DNA of 64,000 bases from Macrostomum lignano. Lineage: Eukaryota. Positions 12,054 through 24,257 of this stretch are shown one piece after another (position 1 is the first letter of the stretch; the number at the start of each line of letters is the position of its first letter). The notes below the pieces were generated by a model. It made no database searches. It saw nothing but the letters and a program-made list of their open reading frames with translations, and had not been told where the DNA came from. The DNA lies in the NCBI GenBank assembly GCA_002269645.1, contig NIVC01000390.1, positions 539,516 through 603,515 of the forward strand, read 5' to 3'. A program made the translations under genes and the position numbers.

Positions 12054-13847
12054 ATGGCAAATGCAGACGCAGACGAGGATTCTTTATCTGTGATCGAGCT
12101 GCTTACTTGCTCCATATGCAACTGTGTTGTATCCGATCCTAGGTTTCTTCCTTGCACTCACTCTGTGTGTCTCACCTGTGTGGATTCTATCAGAGATACC
12201 ATAGACTGGTGCACTGGCAGCTGTGCTGTCTGCCAGCACAAACTTCAACTGCCTTTTAGTTCGTCTCAGCTAGGTCGCGATCTCGCCAAATCTCAGCTGG
12301 CCAAAACAGTTAAGATCAATAAAAAGAACAGACAGCCCCTCTGCTCAGCTCCTGACTGCCAGAATGCGTGGAAGGCGGTGTCAGGCTTGTCGAGCCGAGC
12401 CATGTGCGAGCAGCATCTGCAGGCGGAGCTGGACCGGCTGGCTGCAGAGGTGGCCTCACTGAGAGAGCCAGTCGCGGCTGCACTGGCGCCAGCAAGCCGT
12501 CTCTCAGGAATTTGTGGTCGAGCGGCAGAGAAGAAGCAGAGTCTGGAGGCCACGCAGCGAGAGGTGGAGTCGAAGTTCGAGAGACTTCGAGAGCAGCTCG
12601 AGGACGCAGAGACGCTTGCGTTGAAGGCAGTTCGGATCGACATTGAGAGGAGCTCGAGCTGCAGTGAGAGGGCAGAGTCGATTCGAGCTCAGCTGGAGCA
12701 GTTTCAGAGTATGGGTGAGAGCTGGTCGGACTTGCAGACTGCAGGAATTCAAGGTGCAGTGCAGCTGGTCGATGAGACGAAGAGAGCACTGCGTCAGCTT
12801 GAGCACATTGACGACTCGTTTGCGACAGTCTCTGATGTAGTGAACTCTGTGGCTGAGAGTTTAGTTAGCAGCTTAAAGCCTGAATTAGAAAATTTGTCCG
12901 CTAAACTCGAGAATCTTGTTGATCGAACGGTTTCGTGCCGGCGTGTCTTGTCGCTTGAAAAATCAAAGTCCGTTAAACTGCAGAGCACACCTGACTTTGT
13001 GACTCTGTTATCGGACTGCAAGTTGATTTTGGACAAAAATTCGTGTTTCCGTGCTATCCCCGAGAAGGGTAAAATTCCTGCTGGAGCTGTGGAAATTCGT
13101 GGCTCAGTTTTGTGTTTTCTATATCGAACAATAAAAGCTGAGCCGGCGGTGCAGTTGTTTTCATTTCCGAGTTGTGACATTATTTTAGGAGGATGTTTCA
13201 AGATTCCGTGTTACGATCAGAGGGGCTATCCGATTTTTCAAAATTTTGAAGTGGAAGCGTTTTTTGGTGTTTCTTCAAAGAGCGTTTTTATTTTAGCTAT
13301 CGTGGATGCGATTGCTAGTTTTTCTATCGGAGGCGAGTTCTTAAAACGCATCCGAACTGAGAATTCGTCAATGTGGTCATTTTGTTCCAAGTCGGAGCAG
13401 CTGATAATTTTTTCACCAAATCATGGCATCAGCTTGTATGATTCGGAGCTGCAGCTTATGAAATTCATTTCCGTTTCGGATTTGTCGTGTCCTTCCGTAT
13501 TGTCAATGTGCCCGCAGTTTATCCTGGCAGACTTGGGTGATAGGCAGGTGTCAAGAATCGACGTTAGCAACCGCAGCGTGACCACACTGGCACAGTGCAA
13601 GCACCTGAGAGCTCAACTTCAACGCGCCAGTGTTATTTGTGAGGCTGAAAGCAAAATGTGCTTTGTACGCGGTGCAAATTCCATATTTGTGATGAACGAA
13701 CAATTTGATTTAGTTGAAACGCTGGAAATAAGAAATGTACGATCAGGCGGCTTCTTCAAGGTCCGCATCTCAAACATGGATTATCTTGTCGTTTGCAGAG
13801 CTGACGGAAAGTCCGTTGACTTTATCTCAATTAATAACTATGAGTAG
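12054..13847 (+). CDS. TRIM-like E3 ligase copy 1 (RING-HC, degenerate B-box, coiled coil, beta-rich/NHL-like C-terminus), intronless, 597 aa
   Basis: ATG at 12054 in ORF 12045-13847. CSIC...DPRFLPCTHSVCLTC...CAVC is a TRIM-type C3HC4 RING, followed by C..C...MCEQH, a heptad region and a ~300-aa beta-strand-rich tail. Confidence 0.85.
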   Translation: MANADADEDSLSVIELLTCSICNCVVSDPRFLPCTHSVCLTCVDSIRDTIDWCTGSCAVCQHKLQLPFSSSQLGRDLAKSQLAKTVKINKKNRQPLCSAPDCQNAWKAVSGLSSRAMCEQHLQAELDRLAAEVASLREPVAAALAPASRLSGICGRAAEKKQSLEATQREVESKFERLREQLEDAETLALKAVRIDIERSSSCSERAESIRAQLEQFQSMGESWSDLQTAGIQGAVQLVDETKRALRQLEHIDDSFATVSDVVNSVAESLVSSLKPELENLSAKLENLVDRTVSCRRVLSLEKSKSVKLQSTPDFVTLLSDCKLILDKNSCFRAIPEKGKIPAGAVEIRGSVLCFLYRTIKAEPAVQLFSFPSCDIILGGCFKIPCYDQRGYPIFQNFEVEAFFGVSSKSVFILAIVDAIASFSIGGEFLKRIRTENSSMWSFCSKSEQLIIFSPNHGISLYDSELQLMKFISVSDLSCPSVLSMCPQFILADLGDRQVSRIDVSNRSVTTLAQCKHLRAQLQRASVICEAESKMCFVRGANSIFVMNEQFDLVETLEIRNVRSGGFFKVRISNMDYLVVCRADGKSVDFISINNYE

Positions 13848-15124
13848 TGCGCTGTAGAATCAGCTTACTTTTGATGCTTATAAAAATGTTTTGGTGCTTT
13901 TTATATGGCGTTTCACTGCACTGTGCTATTCTCAACGACCATAAAACTCGATTGATAAATGGTAGGGTGGGGCTTCTCCATAATGGACACGTTCATTTCT
14001 GAACACAACAGTTGCTGTACAACTTGCTTGCTCTTAAGAGTGTCCTCTGATTTTAAAACTAATTCTAATTAAACTGTACCTGTTAGAAATATAAAGCATA
14101 AAGCTGAGACTGTCCTTGGTTTAAGCTTAGCTTATGCCACATATCGATCGAACTGGGGTGCGTAAAGGAGAAACCATGTTTACATTGCCTCTTTGTCTCA
14201 TTAGCTGTCTGGACTGGCTCCGAGATTTGCAGTCTATCTGGAGTAGAACAAATTGTAACAAATGTGGCTCAGATGCATGTCAATTGCCGAGATCTGTTTC
14301 TTCCAGTGTGGTACTCAAGTGTTTTTCCATTATTTTCTGAATCAATTTGAAAAGATGTTTTTTATTTATCCATAAGTTTTACGTATTTCTATAATTCCAT
14401 TCTTTTGTGTACCTACAGTCTTCTATTTTTACACTATTTTTGCTTTTCTAAGCTTTGTGCAAATAATCCTTGAAATTTGACTTCCATTTTCAATAGCTGT
14501 TTTTCATACTTAACCAATATTGTATTGTACTAGTATATCAGCCACAAATTTTAAATTTGTTTTTATCTGATACTTAATACACCGAATTATTAATACTTTT
14601 GCACCGGTAATTTTTTAGCGATTCAAGCGTAATTTATTGTTGGTTTTGTTGTTAAATCACCCTATTTGTGTGATTTCCTATGCTTTTTAGAGGTATTTAC
14701 AGGCCATATTTAGTTGTGTTATCCAGAAAATATTCGTTAAAGGTCTTTGTCTTTCTATGCAAAGAAACTTGGCACTAGAAACTCTGCAAGTGACCGACGG
14801 TTGGATTCGAGATTCGACCATGTGTTATTAGCTCCGAAACCATATCGGTATTAATTCTGCTTATGCTGAAAATTACAATAATGATACCGACTTGAAAACA
14901 TACACTTACTTACGAAAGTATGTGTGAAAATCCTATCAAATTATTAGAAACCAGGAACAATACTCGTATATGTACAAAATGCAATGAAAATGAGATTGAA
15001 AAAGTTATTGAAGACAAGACAATAATGCAGCTTTAAGGTTCACAATGACTTATTTTAACACTTTGAAGGTTTTTACCCCAGTATAATTTTCAGCCCATTT
15101 TCGGTTTTTATCACAGGTACTAAC

Positions 15125-15590
15125 TAGATGGGCCACTTAGGCATATATATTGAAAATCTAGCAAAATAGCCTTCTACTTTCAGTTCAGTAGCAAAGAAGA
15201 ATACATAAGCTATTGTAGAAAATAAAGGCAGCTGAAATGACTTTGATAAGTTTAGAAGCCCAAGCTTTCAAGGCGTAAACAACTTGCTAATTGGTTCAGC
15301 AATAATGTACATTGGCCAGTCCACTGAAATGTACATGTTAGCTTTAGGCTGGAACACAGATACTATAATAACTATTATTATTATAGTATCTGTGGCCTGG
15401 ACTTTCGAGAAAGGCTATAAAATTGGGGAGGGGCGGGGGGTAGTGTGGAAAGGCGCGGTTGGAGGGTTTAAGCTGGGGGCAAGTGCCAATTAAAATTAGC
15501 CTTGACTTAAAAATACATTAAAATGCTTCAGTTTAGCTTACTACTGAACTGAAAGTAGTTTACACGCAAATGTGCTGAGTGGCCCATCTA
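15125..15590. mobile_element. MITE-like element inserted in the first TRIM spacer
   Basis: TAGATGGGCCACT (15125) pairs with AGTGGCCCATCTA (ends 15590). An inner pair is TACTTTCAGTTCAGTAG / CTACTGAACTGAAAGTA. The segment is absent from the homologous spacer copies; no clear TSD. Confidence 0.55.
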
Positions 15591-18500
15591 TTGCAATAGT
15601 TATTCTAGTATCCGTTGTTTCTTCTATATACTGCTTTTTCAATTGTATTCCTCATCATTTTTGTTACTATTAACTTTTTAGTTTTAAAATTGGCTGTTCG
15701 TGCTAAGTGAAGACCCAATTCTATTTTCTCCAAATTTTGCCATTTTTGTTGTATTTCTAATTATAATACTCGAGAAAAACTTCCGTAGAATAATAAAGTG
15801 TTCAGATTTTGTTTTTATTCATTTTGATGTTATTTCTTAATTTAAGATCCGTCAATATTTAGCGTTGGTTCATAGCTGGAGCCGTCGAGCAAAGTCCAAG
15901 TAGTTTTAAGCGGGTTTACACTATTTTTTGCTTGCTGAAGTTTGCTTGTTGAATGGGTTCAGATTCCGATGCACTCAACAGGCAGCTCGGGTTTCTTGCC
16001 GATTACAACTTGGGATATATTGTGGCCACAGATTCGTAGTTTAGGAGGCTTATGGGAGCTAGCTATTGGGTGAAGTGCTTTGCGGTAAAATAGGATGGCA
16101 TCAGTAAATAAAATTGATGCTCTCTGTCGCATGTCAGTATCAGCGTTGCCATTCTCGACGACAAAGTGAATTCTAATTTAGCGTCAACGGCAAAGCAACT
16201 GCCGTCAATCTTTCAGTTTGTTAAAAGTGCGTGGGAAGCATTAAAAATAAGCAGGCACCATATAGGAATGGAAATATCCGTAGTTTTGTGAAATCTATAA
16301 CTTCCAATAGGAACTTTTAACAAGCAAGCTTCATACATAAAAAATATATACCGCTCAAGATTTTTTTCAAAAAAACAGCTGCGGTTTTGAGACAAGTTTT
16401 GCGGCTCTCAATTTTTATAACAATTTGTCAGAAGCTTATCTGTCAAAGACGATAGGCTAACAACTAGTCAGTATCATTCTGTCATTCTTATATCCAAAAC
16501 TTTCAATTATATGGTGTATATATGGTGTTTCATTGCACTGTCTGCTATTCTCAACGACCATATAGAAGTAGACTGATGAAGAGAGGAAAAACTCGATCGA
16601 TAAGTGGTTGGGTGGGGCTTCTTCCTATTGGACACATTGATTTCTGAACGCAAAAGTTGCTGTACAGCTTGCTTGCTTTTGGTTTCAAGGGTATCATCTG
16701 ATTTAAAAAAAGAATTCTGATTAAACTGGACCAGTTGGAAATATGAAGCATAAAGCTGGCATTGTCTTCAGCTCAAGCCCAGCTTATGTCACTTATCGAT
16801 CGAACTGGGGTGGGTGAAGGAGTGACCATGTTTACATAGCTTTTTGTCACGAATGGGGCTCACAGATGCATGCCAATTGCCAAGGTTTGTTTTCTTCCAC
16901 TGTTGTACTCAAGTTTTTTGCTTTCTTTTCCGAATCTTCTGTGATAACGAAGATTTTTATTTATCCATAAGTTTTTGTATTTTTTATAATTCCATTCTTT
17001 TGTGTCCTTACAGTCTTCTATTTTTGTACTAGCTACTTTTACTTTTTATGAGATTTGCGCAAAAAAACTCTTGATATTTGACTTCATCTTTAATTGCTTT
17101 TTTCCTACTTAACCAAGATTGTTCTGTAAATCAGCCACAAATTTTAAATTTCTATTTATCTAATATTTAATTAATACACCGGATAATTTGTACTTTTGCG
17201 CCTGTATATTTTTAGTGATTTTAGCGTAATTTATTGTGAATTTTGTTGTTGAACCGCCCTATTCGTGTGATTTTCTATGCTTTTTCAGAAGTATTTACAG
17301 GCCATATTTTGGTTTTGTTATCCAGCAAATATTCGTTAAAGGTCTTTGTCTTTGCTATGCGAGCGTACCAAGAAACTTGGCACTAGAAACTCTTATAAGT
17401 AACCAATGGATAATTATGATTCAACGATGCGTTTTTAAATCAGAAACCATTTCGCTGTGAGTTCTTGCTATGTTGGCTTTTACATTAAGGAAACTGATTA
17501 CCGACTTAAAACATAGCTAAATGCAAAAGTATGTGTGCGATCACCATAAAGCTAATTAGCCCAAGATAATTTCCTGCCAATTTTCGGTGTCTTGTTACTG
17601 CTCCCCATCCCATGTATTTAATCGTATTCATTTTTATATTTTAATTGTATTTTTCAATGATAAAATTGGCTGCTCGAGCCAAGTGAAGCCCGAATTCTAT
17701 TTTTCCCGCATCCTTTCTTTTGAGAACTTTTATTTCATATTTATAATTTTATAACTCGAAGAAAGGTTAATACAACGACAAAAAGTTTGCAAATTTGTTT
17801 TTCCATTCGTTTCACGGTATTTTTTTTATTTAAGAGCCGTCAATATTTTGTTTAGGCTAATTGTTGAAGTCGGCAAGCAAGGTCCAATTATAGTTATAAC
17901 TTAGTTTTGTGTGGGAGTTCAGTACTTTTATTTGCTTGTTAAATGTGTACAGTTTCCGCTAGCTTGGTGAAGTTTTCTTGCCGATTACAAAAGGGGGGGG
18001 GGTGGGTATCTTGTGGCCACAGAATCGCAGTTCAGTAGGCTCACAGGAGCCAGTTATTGAGTGAAGTGCTATGCGTGTAAGGGATTCTATTTAGACTACT
18101 GAGAAAAGTAGCCGAATAAAGATTTAAATCGGGAAATCTCTCATGTAGCCTGAAAAATGTTGCCTTAAAAAGACAACCTAAAAGAAACGTCTGAGCACAC
18201 AGAGCGGTGGGAGAGTACGGTGTGTGGCTGTGGCTGACTGACCAAAGCAAGCAAGCCAGAAACCGGTTCTAGGATCCGTCTGCCCAAGGTTCGACTCCCA
18301 CTTTTAGTGTGTCACAAAGCGGTATAATGGGTGGCACCAATGTCAATGCATAAAGTTGATGGTCTCTGTCGCCTATTGCCGTTGCCATTTTAACGAATTA
18401 AAGTGATTGCTAATTTAGCGTCACCAGCAGAGAAACTGCCGTCAATCTTTCAGTTGGTAAGAAGTGCGTGGAAAACTTAAAAAATAAGCAGACATCCTGT

Positions 18501-18785
18501 AGGTATAGAAGCGTGGGTAGTGTTGTGGAATCTATAACTTCCACTAGCAAACTTTGACAAGCAAGCTTCATACATCAATTGTACATTATTATACTGCTCA
18601 AAATTTTTACCAGTTTTAAAAAAACAGCTACAGTTAAGACAAGTTTTGCGGCTCTTTATTTTATCATTCATCTGTAAATAGGTTATTGTAGTAAATAGTT
18701 TAATAACGAGATAGGCCTATCATTCTGTCAGTTCTATATCCAAAGAATTCAGAAATGTATAATAAATTATTACTTTCTGCCATCC

Positions 18786-20591
18786 ATGGCCACCGCCTTA
18801 GCAGACGACTCAGGTGACAGTGCTCAGTCTGTGGAGCAGCTACTCACCTGCTCTGCGTGCTGCCGCATGGTCTCCGATCCCAGACTGTTGCCATGCTCAC
18901 ACTCTGTGTGTCTCAGCTGTGTGGACTCGCTCAGAGATGCCACAGTCCGGTGCACAGGCAGCTGCCCTGTGTGCCAGCAGAAACTTCAGCTGCCGAAGAA
19001 TTCTTCTGAGCTGAAGCGCGACATCACCAAGTGTCAGTTTGCCAAAGCGCTGAATATCACGGAGAAGAGCAGAGAGCTCTGCTCAGCTCCTGACTGCCAG
19101 AATGCATGGAATGCCGTGTCAGGCTTGTCGAGCCGAGCCATGTGCGAGCAGCATCTGCAGGCGGAGCTGGACCGGCTGGCTGCAGAGGTGGCCTCACTGA
19201 GAGAGCCGGTCGCGGCTGCACTGGCGCCAGCAAGCCGTCTCTCAGGAATTTGTGGTCGAGCGGCAGAGAAGAAGCAGAGTCTGGAGGCCACGCAGCGAGA
19301 GGTGGAGTCGAAGTTCGAGAGACTTCGAGAGCAGCTCGAGGACGCAGAGACGCTTGCGTTGAAGGCAGTTCGGATCGACATTGAGAGGAGCTCGAGCTGC
19401 AGTGAGAGGGCAGAGTCGATTCGAGCTCAGCTGGAGCAGTTTCAGAGTATGGGTGAGAGCTGGTCGGACTTGCAGACTGCAGGAAGTCAAGGTGCAGTGC
19501 AGCTGGTCGATGAGACGAAGAGAGCACTGCGTCAGCTTGAGCACCTTGACGACTCATTTGTGACAGTCTTCGATCGGATCGAATCAACGGCTAAAAAGTT
19601 TGTTGCAAATCTAACTTTGGAAGTTGAGAAGTTATCCATTGAGCTGGAAAAACTGGTTGATCAAACGGTTTCGTGCCGACGTGTGTTGTCGTTGAAAGAA
19701 TCAAAGTCCGTTAAACTGCAGAGCGCACCTCAGTTTGTGACTCTGTTATCGGACTGCAAGCTGATGTTGGACAAGAACTCTTGTTTCACTTCCATCCCTT
19801 TTAACGATAAAATTCCTGCTGGAGCTGTGGCAATTCGTGGTTCGGTTTTGTGTTATCTATTTCAAACACAGTATTCTGAGCCAACTATGCACTTGTTTTC
19901 ATTTCCTGGTTGTGACCTTATTTTAGGAGGATTTTTCAAAATTCCTTATTGGCATCAGGACAGCGCGCTATGGTCAGAAGATTCTGATTACATAGTTAAA
20001 GCATGTTTCGGTGTTTCTTCAAGAAGCGTTTTTATTTTGGCTTTCTCAGAAGCGATCGCTAGTTATTATGTCGGAGGCAAGCTTTTAAAACGCATCCAAA
20101 CTAACCATTCGTCAATGTGGTCATTTTGTTCGAAGTCAGAGCAGCTACTCGTTTTTTCAGGAAATCATGGCATGAGCTTGTATAATTCGGAGCTGCAGCT
20201 TATGAAATTAATTCCGGTTTCGAATTTGTCGTGTCCTTCCGTATTGTCAATGTGCCCGCAGTTCATCCTGGCAGACTTGGGTGATGGGCAGGTGTCAAGA
20301 ATTGAGGTTAGCACCCGCAGCGTGACCACACTGGCGCAGTGGAAACACCTGAGAGCTCAACTTCAAGGCGCCAGTGTTATTTGTGAAGCTAAAAGCAAAT
20401 TGTGCTTTGTACGCGTTGAAAAGTCAATCTTTGTAATGAACGAACAATTTGATTTAGTTGAAACGCTGGAAATAAGAAATGTACGATCAGGCGGCTTCTT
20501 CAAGGTCCGCATCTCAAACATGGATTATCTTGTCCTGTGCAGTGCTGCCGAAAAGTCCGTTGACTTTATCTCAATTAATAACTATGAGTAG
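18786..20591 (+). CDS. TRIM-like E3 ligase copy 2, intronless, 601 aa
   Basis: RING CSAC...DPRLLPCSHSVCLSC...CPVC; paralogous to 12054-13847 over its full length. Confidence 0.85.
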   Translation: MATALADDSGDSAQSVEQLLTCSACCRMVSDPRLLPCSHSVCLSCVDSLRDATVRCTGSCPVCQQKLQLPKNSSELKRDITKCQFAKALNITEKSRELCSAPDCQNAWNAVSGLSSRAMCEQHLQAELDRLAAEVASLREPVAAALAPASRLSGICGRAAEKKQSLEATQREVESKFERLREQLEDAETLALKAVRIDIERSSSCSERAESIRAQLEQFQSMGESWSDLQTAGSQGAVQLVDETKRALRQLEHLDDSFVTVFDRIESTAKKFVANLTLEVEKLSIELEKLVDQTVSCRRVLSLKESKSVKLQSAPQFVTLLSDCKLMLDKNSCFTSIPFNDKIPAGAVAIRGSVLCYLFQTQYSEPTMHLFSFPGCDLILGGFFKIPYWHQDSALWSEDSDYIVKACFGVSSRSVFILAFSEAIASYYVGGKLLKRIQTNHSSMWSFCSKSEQLLVFSGNHGMSLYNSELQLMKLIPVSNLSCPSVLSMCPQFILADLGDGQVSRIEVSTRSVTTLAQWKHLRAQLQGASVICEAKSKLCFVRVEKSIFVMNEQFDLVETLEIRNVRSGGFFKVRISNMDYLVLCSAAEKSVDFISINNYE

Positions 20592-21940
20592 TGAGTAGTT
20601 TGCGGTAGGATAACCTTGTTTTTCTGCTTATAAATGTTTTTGGCGTTTCATTACACTGTCTGCTATTCTCAACGACCATATAGAAGTGGACAAGTCACAG
20701 GAAAAAGTCGATCGATAAGTGGTAGATGGGGCTTCTTCCTATTGGACGCATTGGTTTCTGAACTAACAGTTCTGTTTAATTTACTTGCTTTTGCTTTTAA
20801 GGGTTTCGTATGGTTCTAAAACTAATTTGAATTAAAATGGACCTTTTAAAAAATGAAGCATAAAGCCGACACTGTCCTCGGCTTAAGCCCAGCTTATGCC
20901 AAATATCGATCGAACTGAGGTGGGTGAAGGAGAGGCCATTTCTTGACTGCAGTCTTCTCTGGAGTAGAGCATATTGTAACAAAATGTAACTAAATGTGCA
21001 TACCAATTGCCAAGGTTCGTTTCTTCCACTGTTGTACTCAAGTTTTTCCTTCCTTTTCCGAATCTTTGAAAGGGAAGTTTTTCATTTATCCATAAGTTTT
21101 TGCATATTTTTATATTTCCATTCTTTAGTGTCCTTACAGTCAGTTCGATTTTTATACTATTTTTTGCTTATTATAAGCTTTGTGCAAATAATCCTTACAA
21201 TTTGACTTCCATTTTCAATTGCGTTTTTTCTTACTTGACCAATATTGTATCTGTATATCTGCTACAAGTTTTAATTTTTTTGTCTGATAATTATTACTTT
21301 TACCTGTCAATTTTAGCCATTTAAGCGTCATTTTTGTTGATTTTGTTGTTGAACCGCCCCATTTTGAGTGATTCCCTATGCTTTTTCAAAAGCATTTACA
21401 AGACATATTAGTTGTGTTTTCCAGCAAATATTCGTTAAAGGTCTTTGTCTTTGCTATGCTAAGAAACTTGGCATTAGAAACTCCAGACTAGAAGTGACCG
21501 ATGATTTCGAGACTCGACGATGTGTTATTAACTCCGAGACCATGTTATTTTCTATATTTTGCGTTGGCAAAGTTCCAGTAGTTATAAGCTAGTTTCTAAC
21601 GGGAGTACCACGTTTGCTTGCTGAGGCTTGCTTGTTGTATGTGTACAGCCTCCGCTACATTCAACAGACGGCTTGTCAAAGTTTTCTTACCGATTACTAT
21701 GGGGATATCTTATGACCACAGATACCTAGTTTATAAGGCTTACAGGAGCTAATTATTGGGTGAAGTGCTATGCGGTATAAAAGGGTTGCATGAATGCATA
21801 AAATTGATGGACTCTGCCGCCTATTGGCGTTGCCATTCTTGACAAATCAGAGTAAATGCTAATTTAGCCGTCAATCTTTCAGTTGATAAGAAGTGCGTGG
21901 GAAACTTTATAATAAGCAGACACCCTGTAGGTATAGAAAC

Positions 21941-22159
21941 GTCGTGTTGTTTGTGAAGCTGAAAGCAAATTGTGTTTTATACGCGGTGCAAAGTCAATCT
22001 TTGTGATGAACGAACAATTCGAATTGGTTGAAACACTGGAAATAAAAACTGCGCTACCAGGCGGCTTCTTCAAGGTCCGCATCTCAAACATGGATTATCT
22101 TGTCGTGTGCAGAGCTGCCGGAAACTGTTGACTTTATCTCAATTAATAACTACGAGTAG
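21941..22159 (+). pseudogene. 3' fragment of a fourth TRIM-like copy
   Basis: Matches the last ~70 codons of copies 1 and 2 (..FVMNEQFELVETLEI..GGFFKVRISNMDYLVVCRA..FISINNYE*), with a small indel near 22125. It is joined directly to spacer sequence upstream. Confidence 0.85.
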
Positions 22160-24257
22160 TGCGCTTTAAGATCAGCTTGCTTTCTGCTTCTAAAAATGTT
22201 TTGTTGTTTCACTGTCTGCTATATTCACAGAATTTATAGAAGTAGACTGATGAAGAGAGGAAAAACTCAATCGATATTTGGTATGTGGGGCTTCTCTCTA
22301 TTGGACGCAATCATTTCTAAGCAGAACATGGCTGTACAACTTGTTTGGTTATGTTTTTGATGGCGTCATCAGATTCCTGAAACAAATTCTACTTTGGATC
22401 AGCTACTTAGAAATATAAATAAAAGTTATGGATTTTCATTCAAAGGCATAAAATGCATTATTATTCAGTCGTTTTATAACCTGTAGAAATCTTACAGATT
22501 CAAGATACGCTCGTAGTTGCTATGTGCATTGTGCACTGCTTTACGCTCGTATCTAAGCTCTGTTCCTGTCTAAAGAAATGATAATAGTAGGTTCAGGCTG
22601 TCCTCTGCTTAAAGCTTAGCTTATAGCATACCAAAAATCGATTGATTTTTACACAGCTATTTTTTGTCGTCATTTACTGGGACTGGTCATCACCGAGGTT
22701 TGCCGTCTTTTTCAGAGGTAGAACATATTGTAACAAACTGTGGTTCACAGATCCATACCAATTTGCTATTTGCCAGGTTTATTTTATCGCATTGTAGTTG
22801 TCTAGTCTTTTCCAGTCTTTTCTGAAGCTCCGTAAAAGAGGACTTTTTTTTATCCAATAATTTCTTCTTATATAATTAACCTTTTATGTGGAAAATGTTA
22901 CTATTTTTGGTACGGTGTGCTTTGTTTACCGGTAGAGCTTTGTGCAATAAATAAAAAAGTTTTTTTTCCTTTTTTCAGTAGAACTTTTTCCTACTTAACC
23001 ACAATATATTTTTACTGTATATCTGCCACATTTAAAATTTGTTTTAATCAGATAATTAATACACTGGCTGATTAATACTATTGTACTTGTTATTGCAGTT
23101 TTTATGGGATTATTTATTGTTTTTTTGTTACACCGCCGTATTTGTGTGATTAACTAGATTTCTTCAAAACAAACCACCAGTCATATTTAAGCTTTGTTAT
23201 CCAGAAAATATTTGTTAAAGGTCTTTGTCTTTGCTATGCCAAGAAACTTGGCACTAGAAACCCTGGAAGTGAGCCGGCAGGGTAAAGAGGATTCGGCAAT
23301 GAGTTGTTGAATCTGAAACCAAGTCGCTATGAATTTTGGTTATTCTGACTTTTACGTCATGACACTGACTTGAAATGCATGTATAGGAGTAGCTACACAC
23401 GAGAGTAGAATGCTATAAAATGCTTGAAAAACCAGGAACGTGTCTGAAAAATGGCCTTTTTCTTGACAGATAATATAATATACTCTTATACTTTGCATAT
23501 AATATTCAATAATAAACCTTTTTCAATCTGATTTTTATCAGATTTTCGATGTTATTTGTCAATTTAACAGCCGTCAATATTTTATGTAGGCTAATAGTTT
23601 GAGTCAGCAAACAAGTTCAAGTATAGTATAACTTATTATAGTTTTAGCTTCAGTACACTACTTTTGCTTGCTGAAGTTTGCTTGAATGTGTTCAGCTTCC
23701 ACTGCACTCAACAGGCAGCTTGTCAATATTTTCTTGCCGATTACTAAGGGAATGTCTTGTGGCCACAGTTTTGTAGTTTATGAGGCTCATGGGAGCTAGT
23801 TATTGGGTGAAGTGCTATGCAGTATTTTTAGTGGTCTCTCTGTCACCTATTGGCGTTGCCATTTTTGACGAATCAAAATTGAATGCAAATTTCTGATAAA
23901 TTGCGCATGCGCTACTTTATCGCCAGCAACAAAGCAACGGCTTTCAATGCTTCAGTAGGTAAGATTAGCAATCTGCGCCCCCTCCGTTTGTGATTGATAT
24001 GGGCAGTAATGTCTCAACGGTTGTGTGAGTAGGCTACTTCATCCAGAATACGTAGCTTACTCACAGGTAATTGAAAAGATCCCAAATCATATGGGATTTA
24101 GTATGCAGGAAGAATAGCATCTGTAGGGCGTAAATGAGTGCCTTTCATTAGCCATGAGGCTGTGTTTTGTGAAGTAGGACTTACAAACCTGTGCTTTTTA
24201 TTCACTCCAAATCGTACTATTTTTTGTTTAACTAATAAACCTTTCAGCAAACTGGCC

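Larger units (their letters stand above)
13848..24000 (+). repeat. Tandem segmental duplication units of the TRIM-like array (homologous spacers 13848-16510, 16510-18785, 20592-21940, 22160-24000)
   Basis: Shared blocks recur in each spacer, e.g. CTATTCTCAACGACCAT (13926, 16546, 20664), AAAGGTCTTTGTCTTT..AAGAAACTTGGCA (14739, 17338, 21437, 23217) and GGGTGAAGTGCT (16068, 18060, 21759, 23806). Confidence 0.9.

Noticed and set aside
15900-16400. Short minus-strand ORFs recurring in the TRIM spacers (MYEACL..., also 18477-18671)
   Set aside because: Frames are broken differently in each copy and no family is recognisable; treated as duplicated non-coding DNA.
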